Assembly: GCA_965285935.1 (NCBI GenBank)
Contig: OZ260662.1
Location: forward strand, 63,302,001 to 63,366,000
DNA length: 64,000 bases
From: Ophelia neglecta
Lineage: Eukaryota
Direction of reading: 5' to 3'
Shown here: one piece after another, positions 1 through 13,400 of the stretch
How the letters are laid out: each line of letters begins with the position of its first letter
Position numbering within the stretch: the stretch's first letter is position 1
Notes under the pieces: generated by a model
Databases searched by the model: none
What the model was told of the DNA's origin: nothing
The model's input: the letters and a program-made list of their open reading frames with translations, nothing else
Program-made: the position numbers and the translations under genes

Positions 1-274
1 TTAACAGTTTACCATATGGCACCCAGACATATTGGATAGAGGGAGGCCTATACTGTATTCTTTACACGCTTGGTCCACATTCCCCTGACTGTAGATATAA
101 ATCTAGTTGTTGCATGGAAAATATGTTAAGCCTTGTCTGTTTGACACTGATAATTCATGAGTCTTACAGACATTTATGATATACTCAAAACCTGAAAATT
201 TATCTAGATCTACATACATGTACTCCTCTAAGTGCTTAAATATACTTAACAGATCAGATTTGAAAAGCCCTTCT

Positions 275-1305
275 GTATCATCAGACTTGAAAACCCTCGA
301 AACATCTCACCCTAGGTCAAACGTGAAACCCCTTCCCACATCTCACATAGGTCCAGACTTGAAAAACCCTCCCCACATCTCACACTAGGTCAGACTTGAA
401 AACCCTCCCCACATCTCACACTAGGTCAGACTTGAAAAACCCTCCCCACATCTCACACTAGGTCAGACTTGAAAAACCCTCCCCACATCTCACACTAGGT
501 CAGACTTGAAAATCCCTCCCCACATCCCACACTAGGTCAGACTTGAAAAACCCTCCCCACATCTCACACTAGGTCAGACTTGAAAAACCCTCCTCACATC
601 TCACACTAGGTCAGACTTGAAAATCCCTCCCCACATCCCACACTAGGTCAGACTTGAAAAACCCTCCCCACATCTCACACTAGGTCAGACTTGAAAAACC
701 CTCCTCACATCTCACACTAGGTCAGACTTGAAAATCCCTCCCCACATCTCACACTAGGTCAGACTTGAAAATCCCTCCCCACATCCCACACTAGGTCAGA
801 CTTGAAAAACCCTCCCCACATCTCACACTAGGTCAGACTTGAAAAACCCTCCTCACATCTCACACTAGGTCAGACTTGAAAATCCCTCCCCACATCCCAC
901 ACTAGGTCAGACTTAAAAAACCCTCCTCACATTATCACTCCTAGTCAGACTTAAAAACCCTCCCCACATCTCACATAGGATCAGACTGGATAAACACTCC
1001 CCACATCTCACATAGGATCAGACTGGATAAACCCTCCCCACATCTCACATAGGATTAGACTGGATAAACCCTCCCCACATCTCACATAGGGTCAGACTGG
1101 ATAAACCCTCCTCACATCTTACATAGGATCAGACTTGATAAACCCTCCTCACATCTCACACTAGGTCAGATTAAAAACCCCTGCCCACATCTCACATAGG
1201 ATCAGACTGGATAAACCCTCCTCACATCTCACACTAGGTCAGATTAAAAAACCCTGCCCGTATCCCACACTAGGTCAGACTTAAACACCCTGCCCACATC
1301 TCATT
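275..1305. repeat. 37-bp minisatellite, about 28 copies, two sub-arrays
   Basis: Unit GGTCAGACTTGAAAAACCCTCCCCACATCTCACACTA from ~350 to 930. It changes to GGATCAGACTGGATAAACCCTCCCCACATCTCACATA from ~975 to 1230. Edges are degenerate. Confidence 0.97.
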
Positions 1306-4115
1306 TCCACTCATAAATGAACATTGGAATTTTGGGAAGAAATGCTGATATATCTTCACAATTTACTTCAACTTAATATTTCCAAATGCCTTGTTAAAAT
1401 TCAGTTGAAGTGAATTGTAACAAGTATGTAAACATGAATGTGTGGTCTAAGTTTCTTGAGTTTTTAATTAAGTTTTCCTTGGGAATTTTTTATTTGAAAC
1501 CTTCGTTTTGACAACTAATGACCTTGAAAATATGTCTGACAGCCCAGGTGTTAGGAAGCTTCTGAGGGCATATGGTGAGATCCTTAGTGAATCTTTCACA
1601 TAAAGGTTGTGCTTAAGATTATCTTTCCAGACAGTTGGAAAACCAAGATGAACATGTATATCTGAGAGGAACATCTTCTTTACATGTATACTAGTAGTCT
1701 AGCACAACTTGATGAAAAGTCACCCATCCCAAGTATTTTATTCTTTTACCAGATCCATGATGAATCTCAACCTGCTATAGTATTTAACTTTTAAAGTTGG
1801 TTAGATAACCATGGCTAGCACATATATTAATATCTAGCCATCCACAGATGCCATACTTTTCCTTCTGTTGCGACCTTCAACTATCTAACATTTATTTTCT
1901 GCACTGAAGGACTTGAGAGTACCTACTGCTGCAGTTATATATTTTTAGTGAAATGTATTCCAGCCAATAGATTGTCAAAAAGGAGTGGAATTTATCACCT
2001 AAAACTTTTCACTCATTGTCAAAGGGAGCAGAATTCTGGGTATGCTTTATAGTGGAGCCTACTGTTTGATCAGTTGTTTCAGCCTGAATTCCTGTACTTT
2101 TAAGTCTGTGATATATAAGGAGCTTAAATGGCTGTTAATTGTCAAAATGTTCTGTGTCCTATCATGTATTCTATATTTGTTGGAGAGACTTTAGCAGTCA
2201 TTTGCTTTGACCTTTAAATATTCCCTGCTAATGAGTTTGAAGTGACCATGTATGAATGGCGATTTATTGACTTTGACCAATCATTTGAGATTGTCACACC
2301 TGACTAAGTTTGCTTCCTGGGTAGTTTGTCTTCTGTGAGATATTGTTTATCCTGTGTTGTGCACCAATATATCTCTGCTTGGATCTTTGTTTTCATTTAC
2401 GTCATTCAGTGGATACCAGCCCCAAGATTACTAATCTATCCCAGACAAGAATGGACAGCAAAGCCGTTCTGAAATCATTCCCATTTGGACTCCACAGATT
2501 TTGCGGCCAAATGGTATTATCACATGGCAACTACTTAATAGGCATATTTATTTATATGTTTGTTCGGTGGCTCTTACGTCACACCAAATGATATTATTTT
2601 CTTTCAGCTATTGAAACATCATGTCTTATTCCCACCTCAAGTCCAGGCTTGTATGAAGCCATGTCTTTGACGCTCCTGTTGACCGCTACCATTGTCCACT
2701 TAGATCTGATTGTGTTGGAGATTTATTAGTATTGCATAATGCAGGTAGAGAAATGCCTCAGTGACTCCAATCAGCAGGTTATTGTCCACTGACCAGTGTC
2801 CATCCTGAGCTCCCAGTGGAAATAATCTCCAATAACCACTAATACAGAATTAGTGAATTGTTGGTACCACCCAGATCAATTGTCAATGTCATATTTATGA
2901 CAGAATAAATCTAATGATCCCACCCATTGAAATGATGTGATTGGAAATGTGACAAATATTTATCAGACACAGTAGAATCAAGTTGTTCATGATGACCATA
3001 TGGAAAATATATCCAACTCACCAAGGTCTTGCACACACTTATAAACCCCTGGGTTTCTTGAAGTCCAAGTTTCTTTGTGTTCAAGTTCCTTCATGTCAGT
3101 TTTTCTTTGGAATGCCATTCAATAACTGCAAACTGTAATTTTTTTATTCAAGCAGAAACATCAGATTATTATATAAACCTTAACTATGAGATAAGCATAA
3201 GATTTGTGAACATGGCAGCATGGAGGAATAAAAGCAAAACAAAGATCTAGTTTATGTAAAGTGGGTCCCATAAACATGTACATGTAAATTGCTGAGTACA
3301 CAATGTATCCTAGAAATAGGTTGATGTATGGAGCAGTAGCACTGATTGTACACATGTTAATGTTGTTTACTCCAGGGATCCAGAGACAAGATCACCTTAT
3401 TTGTATTGTCATTGCCTTCTTGTCCAATAATGCCCAGCCATTACACTTGGGACATGCTAATGACATATACTTAATGATAATATTTATGGATTGGCTAATG
3501 CCTTTATTAGAGTTTAAATTATGTGTATTGTTGTCAAAATGGGTCCTGGTTGTAACTGGGCTTTTAAGTATAAGAGTGTGTCCAAGTGATATAGTAACCA
3601 AAGTACTGTAGTAACATATCATTTGATTAAAGTAAAAAATACTTACATGTATATAACTATTAAATTATGAGGCTTGAAATTTGAATGAGTACTATTGGCA
3701 GTTTGTCTTAAGATTGTTTCACGGGTCATAATTGTTGTTATTCACCATATTATCTGAGGATACTGTCAGGGGCATTTGATTTTGTATTTTAATACATGTT
3801 CAATATTTTACATGTAAAATATTTTATGTGTGACTGTTATATTGCATTATCCCATAGCTAAATACAGTAGTTCAGTAATTATTAACAACAACATACAATA
3901 CTTTAAAAGAAGAAGCTTTATTTGATGTTCCTAGATGGTGACTGTCATTGCACACTACCTTGTTCTTTTGTAGTCGGCTTGGCTATGCCACTAATATATT
4001 TGTTCTCAAGTATAAATTCTAAATCAATAAGTTCACTTATATTAACAAAAAAGTTTGTTTCAAATTAAATTATAAACATAGAATAGTTTCCTTTGTGTTT
4101 AGCATTATTATGTAC

Positions 4116-4159
4116 ATATATATATATTTATAAATATATATATATAGATATATATATAT
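4116..4159. repeat. Imperfect (TA)n microsatellite
   Basis: atatatatatatttataaatatatatatatagatatatatatat. Confidence 0.85.
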
Positions 4160-7100
4160 GTTATATTTGTTTTTCGGTCGCTCCAACTCTATCTCTCTAT
4201 ATACATATACATCTCTCTATATACTTATACGTACATTTAATTAGACATAGCACATTACATTTGTTAAGGTAAAGCAATAATAGAATGGAAAGTGAACATA
4301 TGGAAACATTGATTTTTGATTGATTGGCCTTAAAATTGTTTTAATTGCTATACATGGAATTATTAACTGGCATTTTGCACCCCTGCCAAATTAAGATTTT
4401 GATTTTTGTCCATTAAATTTGACTTAATATTATCTGTGCCCCTTGCTCACATGTGATGATTTGTTGGTGGGTGGAGGCTGAATTATCTCCCACAGAAGAT
4501 AAGAAATGATTTAGGAATGGTCTTATCTCCAAAAGGCTTCTCTGGATCTGGTATTGTTCATCAGAGTCTTTCTTCATGGGCACAAAGGTCATGGCAGCCA
4601 TACTCAAATTGCCTCAAGTTGAGTAAAAGGGCTTGTTAATGGGTAATATGATGACTACTCCAGCACTGCTACAGACAAATGTCTTGCCTATTGCCATGCT
4701 TTGAATTTCCTATTAACCTATATGGCAACACATGTTGATTGTTTGTCATTTGACTCTATAAATGGCCCTAGCTGCTGAATTTGATTGTTGAAAGAGCATT
4801 ATCATGTTTGTGCATGCTCTACTCAGGGAAAAAAAAATTTTAAACAATGCAGTGTAATAAACTTTCCTAATTAAACAATGTGTTTTAATTGTAACTTTTT
4901 TTCTGACTTGACTGATTGATAATTATGCATGTATTTATTATCAATAATTATGATTCCATATCAAAAAATGATGCTGTATGACACAGTTGGTCAGTTAATT
5001 CTATTCTCAAGAATGTCCTTCACTTTCAGATTAGTCACCTACTCCTGTTTTCCATCCTTAAAGGTTTAACCTTTGAAAATGAGTTGCATGTGGCCATGGT
5101 GTGCCAAGACAATTAGTTTTCACGATGACTTGAGATTTGGCTGCAAATTGTTAGACATCATGAGATATTGTGGCCAAAACATCTTGTTGTATGTCTCCTA
5201 CTCTGATTAACTGATTGATTAGATAAGCTTGGCAACATATGATCAGTTCCTTTTCTTGTGAATTATTGATGTGATTGGGACCGTGTTTGGATGACCCTTG
5301 ATCCCCTGTGAGGATTTCATGACAATTGAGCATTAAATGGTCCATTGTATATCATGTGGACCCAGTTGGGGACAGGGGACAGAGTTTCTAGGAGTGGGTG
5401 ACAAACTGCCTCCCCTCAATCTCCGTGTCTATTTCCAATTATCAGACGTGTCTGTCATGTTGAGAACTTTTTACTGACAAGTTGACATAGCTGGTGAAAT
5501 ACTGGGCATCATGAGCCCACAATTATTTATTATCCTTCCATGCAAATTGCCCTCTAATTAAACATTTTACCATAAACTAACATTACTTATTCATCAACCT
5601 CAGACTGTGATCACACAAGGTATAGATCTTTGAATTGGACAAATTTCATCTCAAGGTGCAAGAAGATTTATAGCTAACCATACCTGTATAAGGCTGGCTA
5701 TAGTGAATGGTAGGTGGACAGTTATATAAGAATGAACCAAAGGATAGCTGTGAATGTGTGAAACCATCAAAAACCAATTAGATTAGTGTACATGGGATGA
5801 TTGATGGAACATTGTGTTTTGAATTAAACTTGTCTCAACATGCCCAGAATTATTGCCTTTAATCTGATCTTTAGGGTGGCAATAGTAGCCAAACAATGTG
5901 CCAGACCTGAAATTTATTTGGGACTTGCATTATCAGATTGCTTTCTGTGAAAATTGGTTGTCACTTCTCCTCAACCATTAAATGGAAGTGCCTTATTTTC
6001 CTAAACAAGAGGAAATATATGGTTTTCATCAGCATTCTTACCATAAATCTGTTTAGGTAAATGTATGCTTCAGCATGGTTCAAACTTCATGGGAGCATCT
6101 CAGGTGACATCTATTTCTGACAAAATGGGTTGTCTGCTTTGTGACATGTGGTTTTGATCAATTCTGATCATAGAATATGTATATTATTTACATGATAAAA
6201 TCAAAAAACTAAAGATACAATTTAGCAGGAAATGGAATCATGGTGCACAATTATAGCTTAACTTTATTACCATATAAGATATATACAAGTTCATGTATGA
6301 CCAATGGCATCCATTTGTGTAAATGTTTTGCCACTTGGTAGTTTTCAAAGAATCTGGTAAGTCTCATATGTATGCCAATTAAACTTGAGAAGGTTATGTA
6401 CTTGCATTATGTATGCTGTTGACCAAAATTTTGTGCCTTGAATTATTGCGGAGTTGTCAATGCTCCCAGACAAGATTCACACGCCTGTAAACATTCCAAA
6501 CCACGATGCAACCTCTGAGCATTTCAGATGTCATTTGGTAAACATTTTTAGTTTGCTTTGGTAGATTATTGTCCGATTTAGATTTACACTGGACCAAATT
6601 TGTTAAAGATGAAGTCTCCTGTGCTTACCTAGGCCAGCAAGACCACAAACATTGACCCACCAGAACAAATTTAGAAGATTCAAACTGTCCACTTTCTTAA
6701 CAAAATCTTTTTAAGCAGTGGGTGCATCCAGGTGCAATTTATATTCTGTGTGTTTTTGTCTGTATTAATATCCTGTCCAAATTTAGGATTATTTGACATT
6801 CCATACCAGTTCACATATCATGTGAGAATAAATATATAGGCATTCATTCTACTTAGATCATAACTACATGACATTGTTTAGTATACAGTATTTACGCTAA
6901 AATATCAAAAACTGTTTATGCACTGGTCAGGAGCTCTTCCACAAAGTGACACTGATTTAACTCAGGATTTTAAAACTCTGACTATTATTACAATCAATAC
7001 CTTTTTTTTCTGTTTCTCTGCTCATCCCTTTAAAAGGATTACATCGCATCCTTCTCTTACAGTGTCTATAAAACTAGGGTATTGAGAAATGTGGGTTTTG

Positions 7101-7267
7101 GACAGTTTCACAGTCCAGTTAATACATTATTCACATATATGCACAATAAATAAGACCTTAAATTATACATGCTACAACTAATATATTTATGAACAAGCAG
7201 ACTGTAATATTTACACTGTGTTTGACCACCCTGAGGGAATTTTGTGGTGATCACCTGCAAAACTTTG

Positions 7268-7451
7268 CAGTGAAACTGATTTTTTAAGACCTCTCCTAAG
7301 TGGGTGTAGAAGTTCAGTACTAAGCTTTCTTCAATGGCCCCCAGGTGTCTCTAGGGTTGCTGTGAACTGCCGTTTCCGTGGTTAACTGCATGTATCAGCT
7401 GTGCAGTCAAAGTAATGCATACACTGGAAGCCTTTAAGCAGGCTTACACTG
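7268..7451. mobile_element. Possible old, degraded copy of the same MITE family
   Basis: Begins CAGTGAAACTGATTTTTTAAGACC and ends GCCTTTAAGCAGGCTTACACTG. Length is similar (184 bp), but the interior is diverged and TA target sites are not intact. Confidence 0.45.
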
Positions 7452-10400
7452 ACAACACAGGGTGATCACCATGGTGCATTTCAATACATTATTTCTTCCA
7501 TTATTGTTTTTATGAGCACATTGGGAACCCTCTTATTTCTCAATAGCTCGATTGAAAGCTAGCTTGCATATTTAGCATTATTTTAATGCCCTGAAACACA
7601 TAGAATTTAGATTCATTTTCTTAAAGATTTGTCAAATAAATATATAACTATAATATATTCTCAGCATGTAAATCAAGCAGTGATATGATAACATTTCTTT
7701 TTAATAAAGCGACCAATGAAATTTTGGTATTGAAGTTTTTCTTTTACTAGTTTTCAATTTTTTTGCACTACTTTTTGGAAAATAAATCTTAATATAACAT
7801 AAAGATGTGTTTATGGCATTAGTGATGAGATGTGTAGGAGACATCTACCTGTGTTTTCAATAGACTAGTCACTCTGCAAAGTCTGGTTTCAAGCTAAGGT
7901 GAGCATGCTGATACATTTACTGAGGACCAGATACCTAAAATACTGAGAGAGCGAGTGTCAGAGCTTAACAATATCAATCTCTACTCTGTCTAACTCCACT
8001 GAAACCCTGCCACCGAAGTATATACGGCAGAAAATCAAAAACACATTTCTCCGCTGTGTGCAGAGATAGACCTGAAGAATACATTCAAAATTAGGCTGTT
8101 TGTGCAGGACATGGGGACTTTTTTTGCCTTTGCTGTCTACAGTGAGAAATTTGTGCAATCTTTTTTTATTACATTTATTTTGTTGAAGGGCTTTGATCAG
8201 TATTTAAGAAGAAATGTGGCAGATCCACATTGTTTTTTAAAAAGTTATTTTTTGATATATATTTTTGATGAGTATGTATTATTAATTGTATACTTTGGTA
8301 AAACTGGAACACTGATGAAAATAACATTTGTAGCTCAAAATAATCTTGTAACCCAGTGTGTGTCATGGGTCAACAACTTGGTACAGTGCTATTAACAAGT
8401 GTAGGTAGATTTGGATTTGAATTTTTGGGGTTTAACGACCCATAAGCAGGTAGATATTTCACATCATTGTGACATACAAATTATGCTGCTCTTTTAAAGT
8501 AAAACCAAAGCTAATAAGATTAAATAACAATACTTACTAATATATTTGGTTTTTCTTGGTAAAGTGCATAAAGAAGCCGTTAGTTAAAGAGTTAACCTGA
8601 TTTTGATTCATTAATAAATAAGGGATAATAAAGAAAAATATTGTGTTTACTCTGACAGGCACTGTGTCCTAAATCTCACAGCAGACATTGCCCTGTGCAA
8701 TGTCAGCAGGAAGTCGTGGCAGAGCACTTTCATTCAGCAACCAGTCATTCTTGTTTATTAGATTTTACAATCTTGAAAGTAAATGTTTCACAGCAAATCA
8801 CTGGCATCATTTTGAAGAGAGCAGGTTATATTCTGCATGATTTTAATGAGGATCTTAATATTTTGCAGATTTTCCTCTGATTTAATAACCTAAATTCACC
8901 ATTGAGTGAGATCATCTCACCAACCTCCACATCTGTTTTTGCTGTAAAACTCATGGATAATTATTTATCTATACTGAAATGTTTCAAAAATTGATGCTCG
9001 ACTTGATGAAGAACATGTTTCCCATTACAGGTGTAATTTTTGCTGATTTGATACATTTCGACATCTTTCCCATCTGTAAATTTTGGGTAATGTTTTCTTG
9101 AGCAAAGAGTAAGAGATGAACTTCAGAGTGAATCTCTCTTTCCTGATTGGTTAATGACATCCAGATATCATCAGCCAATGCAGGCCACCACACTAGCCTG
9201 CCAGGAATGCTGACATCTGATTCTGACTTCTCTCTTCAAATTAAAAGTTTTACTTCATGGATGATTCCTGTCCATTACTTGGGAAGGATGCTGGCTTTGA
9301 ACGAGTCAAGCTGACAAATTCGATGGGAGATTTGCCCTGAAAGAGATAGTCAGTTACATGTGGTTTCATTACAGCACCTGCCATCTTTTGGGGTAAATGA
9401 TGATTCGGTGTTGATGGCTGAGGATGTGGGCGATTTCTCAGCAGACACCTCGAGATGATCAAAGTCCCTTCCTTGTTCCTTCCACAGGAAAAATTTGGCT
9501 TTTTCCTAGAAGAAATGTGGTTCAAGTTGGCAGTGATGAACAGTGAAATCATTTCCCCACATGTTGTCTCTGGCACAGGGCTCGCTGCTCAGATGGGTCT
9601 TTTCGCAGGATGGGACGGAAATTGGAGTCTTGTTATCTAACATGTAACATGTTTTCAGCTTCAGTGCAGTGCAGTGTTTTGTCAAAGGCATGGCATGCAC
9701 ACCTGGCTGGGCAACCTTGGCATGAAATGATAGCAAATTAATCCTTGTGCTTTTTTAAGTTTTTAAATCCTATAAACTGATAACTGATTGGTGGAAGGTG
9801 ATTGGTTGTGGTTTGACCTTTTAATAAGTGTATGTTGAATGCATCCTATCCTATTTGCAGCCATTAGTGCAAGTTTCATATTCACTGGAAGTTGTTGACT
9901 GGCCACAATTAAAGCCATTAAAGCCATGATGGGCAAGCCCATCCATGTATGGCTAGTATGTGGCTAGGACATGAGCATGTGAGCTGGGTATCTGTTCAGT
10001 GTCTGTGTTAATGAGCCCTCAAACAGACACACACTCCTGTGGTATTTAACACCACCACTGTCCAGGGGATGTTTAGCTTTCCATTGTTGACTGGAAACAT
10101 GAAAGAAGGCAGCAATCTGTTAGACAAATTGTGCAAGGACATTTAAATTCTGAAGTGTTCTCTTTCACTCATGATTGTCTTGCCCCTGGGGCATATTATT
10201 TGGCTGTTATCTCTTTAGTAAGAGCTTAAATGTCTGTGCTATGTGTAGTCGACTGCAAAAGGTGGTTTGTTTCAGGTGTAATTATCCTGGCAATTCCCCA
10301 ACCATACAAGTTTAATTTGATAATTAAGGGGTGTGTGAGTTTGGGTGAGGATCACGGGCTTCTCTGCTGTGTTGTGGTAATCAGAGACCCCTGATGATCT

Positions 10401-13400
10401 AGCTTTGAGCCTTTGTTTAGGGCAGAAACCACAGATATGAACAGAGCCCACCCGACCATGACAAAACAACTGATGAGGCTATTCCAGGAAGGAGAGACTC
10501 TGCTACTCCTGGATTGTCTCACTCAGTCTCATTAATCTTCAGTCTTCACTGGAGCATTGCCTCATTTGAAATTTAAAATTGTTAATAAAACACGCTCAGA
10601 CTCTAATCCTTGGCAGTTTAAACTGCCGCTAGCTCTCAACCTACTCGGTAGGCACATCATTATTCTCTGGGCCAGATAGTATTTACCTTACTTAATTGGC
10701 TAGTCATTAGTGTTTGGACTGTTTTGTAGATATTTACAGTATTATTGGAGCACTGCTGTCATTTTATTGTCAGTTTTAATACTTATAAGACTTATTCATT
10801 TGTTTTGCAGCCTAAGATGTTGTCAAAAGGAATTTGCATATTAGTATGAAGGTTCCACAATTGACACGGATGGCGCAATTCTTGAGGAGTTATCCGTGTG
10901 AAGTGCAAATGGCGACACTGATTTGGGTAGATGGAGGGTGTGCTGTGTGTGGGGAGAGACTGAGATTCTCCACTTACTGGCCACTGGAGTGCCACTTGTT
11001 GTCCCTGGGATCTGAGGCACTGTGTCAGGGAGAGATCACCATGGCAACGCACCATTCCATCCCTACTTTAAATGACCATAAATAACATTGGATCTCCACA
11101 AAGTTATTATTAATGTGAATTTTTTTATTATTTATGATAACTAACACATTTGTGAATTAACTACTTATTAGTAACTCCTAAGAACCAGGAACTGGAGGTG
11201 TCAGTTAGATTTAAGAAGTATTTTCCCCATTAGTGTGTAGAGAAAGACCTGTAGGCTGTCAGATGAAGAGTCCAATAGGTCTGTTATGAAATGTCATACC
11301 CTGAAGTCAAGGTCAGACCAAGCATACATAAGGAAACTGTTGTCTAGCCTGACCGTACTCACTTAAAAACTTGCTTCCCGGGCCCATTTCTCTCAAACCA
11401 TCCTTCAGCATCTCCACCCCATCAAGAATCTGAAATTGGAGGTCAAAATAGTGTTTATAGAATCATACCACAGTGTTTGTTGTAATGTATTTTTCTTATA
11501 AGAAAAACCTTTTTATAGTGCCCTTTAAAATGGAAGCCCAGTAACCTGGTCCAATCATAACTTTGCATTCTATTATGTTCGTTTTTTTCATTGTTGGTAA
11601 ATTTTGTACTTATGATAATTATTGTAAGTATGTTTAGATGCTGATAACCATAAATTTCATTTCCAGTAATTTACAATTTAGCCTAAAAGTATACTGGGTA
11701 CATGGGTTTATAGGTACAGAGTGAGGACTGTGTCTTCTGACTTGTAGTGTCCGCTGGAGGCTACACTCCTAGTCAGACAAAACAGCTCTCCCAAGCAGTG
11801 TCTATCTAGTCTACACCACTTGACTCAGCTTCTCATGTTACCTGTTTACAGGACACCTTATAAAGGTATCATTATTCCAAAAAATTACATTCTGACTGAC
11901 TCATCAACAGGAACAGTGAACCCAAAATGTCAAATATAATCTGCTTAAATATGCAATACTACTGGCTGATGAAGTGAATTGTGCTCAACATGAAGAGGTC
12001 CATTTAATCTAATGAACTGGGTAGCAATCGAAAATACATGTACATGTATATATGATAAAAAATTCATAAAAGTAAAAAGTTAGTTTAAGTTTTGATCCAA
12101 AGACAGTAAGAATAGGCTGACACCTAATTAGATTACACTGCTTTTTTTGATAACTTCACATGCCTGTTTAAACCCACAACCTACTTTTTAGGAATTCCCT
12201 GAGGTGAACTGTGTCCTGGTCACTCAAGCCCGTTTAAATCTAGAGTCCTATAGCGTGTACCGTAGGTACCAATGTCCCCTTTCCACAATATGACAGTGGG
12301 CTATCGACATGTGTACTCTGTCATCCAAAATACATTTGAGCAGTGTCCTGCCATTTGACAGAGTATAACCAGGAAAATGCATTTCCTGCTTTCTTTAGGT
12401 TATTTTATGACCAGTGGTCTCCTCCATACTGGGCTTTCGATTTTGAAAAATGAAATTACATAGACAATCACTAGGATATGTCAACACAGGAGATTAAATC
12501 AAAAGTTTAATTATAAGTGTAGGTTATCTGATGTCTGATTGCTTGTGCAGACCGTCTGAAGTACTCTAGTTGTGAGTCTTACAAGATGTTACCACCTTTC
12601 AACAGTTTGTTCTGCAGCGATCACGTTAAGCATCGAGCAGTTTATTTGCATTGATACTGCTAGAAATTTTGTATTTGACTTTAATCATTGAAGTTGGTCT
12701 GTGTCCTATCCCATTACAAGGGACATTAATTTGGGTTACTCCTGTATCAATGAAAATTTTCACCTGCAACAAAATGACAGCCCACATGCAACTTGAGCAA
12801 ATCCTTGTGTTTATTTTAGTGGAATTTAGAGATCTTGGATAAAACTGCATTTATTAATGAACCCTGGGCGTATTTGAGGAAAATGGTACAGTTACATGCT
12901 GACATGTACCAGTCTACATTCACATAGTCAATTCATTGGATTAATTGCATACTATTCCCATGAAACTTTAACAATGGAAATTTTTCTTTCAAAATCACCA
13001 CTAGTGGTATGATTTTAAAGGGCGACACTCACAACACAAGGTGACAAAAGAAACTAGTTTAAATATTGAGGTTTCTATCTAATTTATGGCCTTTACACTT
13101 GTGAAATAACATGGCTAGAAATTGAAATTCTGAGCAAAATTGTCCCCACAGCCTTCACAAAGACTGCGATATATGATTGAAAATATATTACTTGTGTCTG
13201 AGAGAAACATAGTCAAGTGCATCAGAGACATTCATATATACGCTTATCTACCAAGTCTTCAAGGGAATCACTGCACATATAGTTTTTAGTGAATTATATA
13301 TATATACCAGTTACACTTATTATCATTTTTATTGTGATATTTTGGTTTTTTTACTCCCTGAAGTATTGAAGCAGCACAATGACCACCAATCAAGACATGC

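Noticed and set aside
350-930. 37-bp repeats resembling a CRISPR array
   Set aside because: Units are head-to-tail with no unique spacers, there are no cas genes, and the context is a eukaryotic intron.
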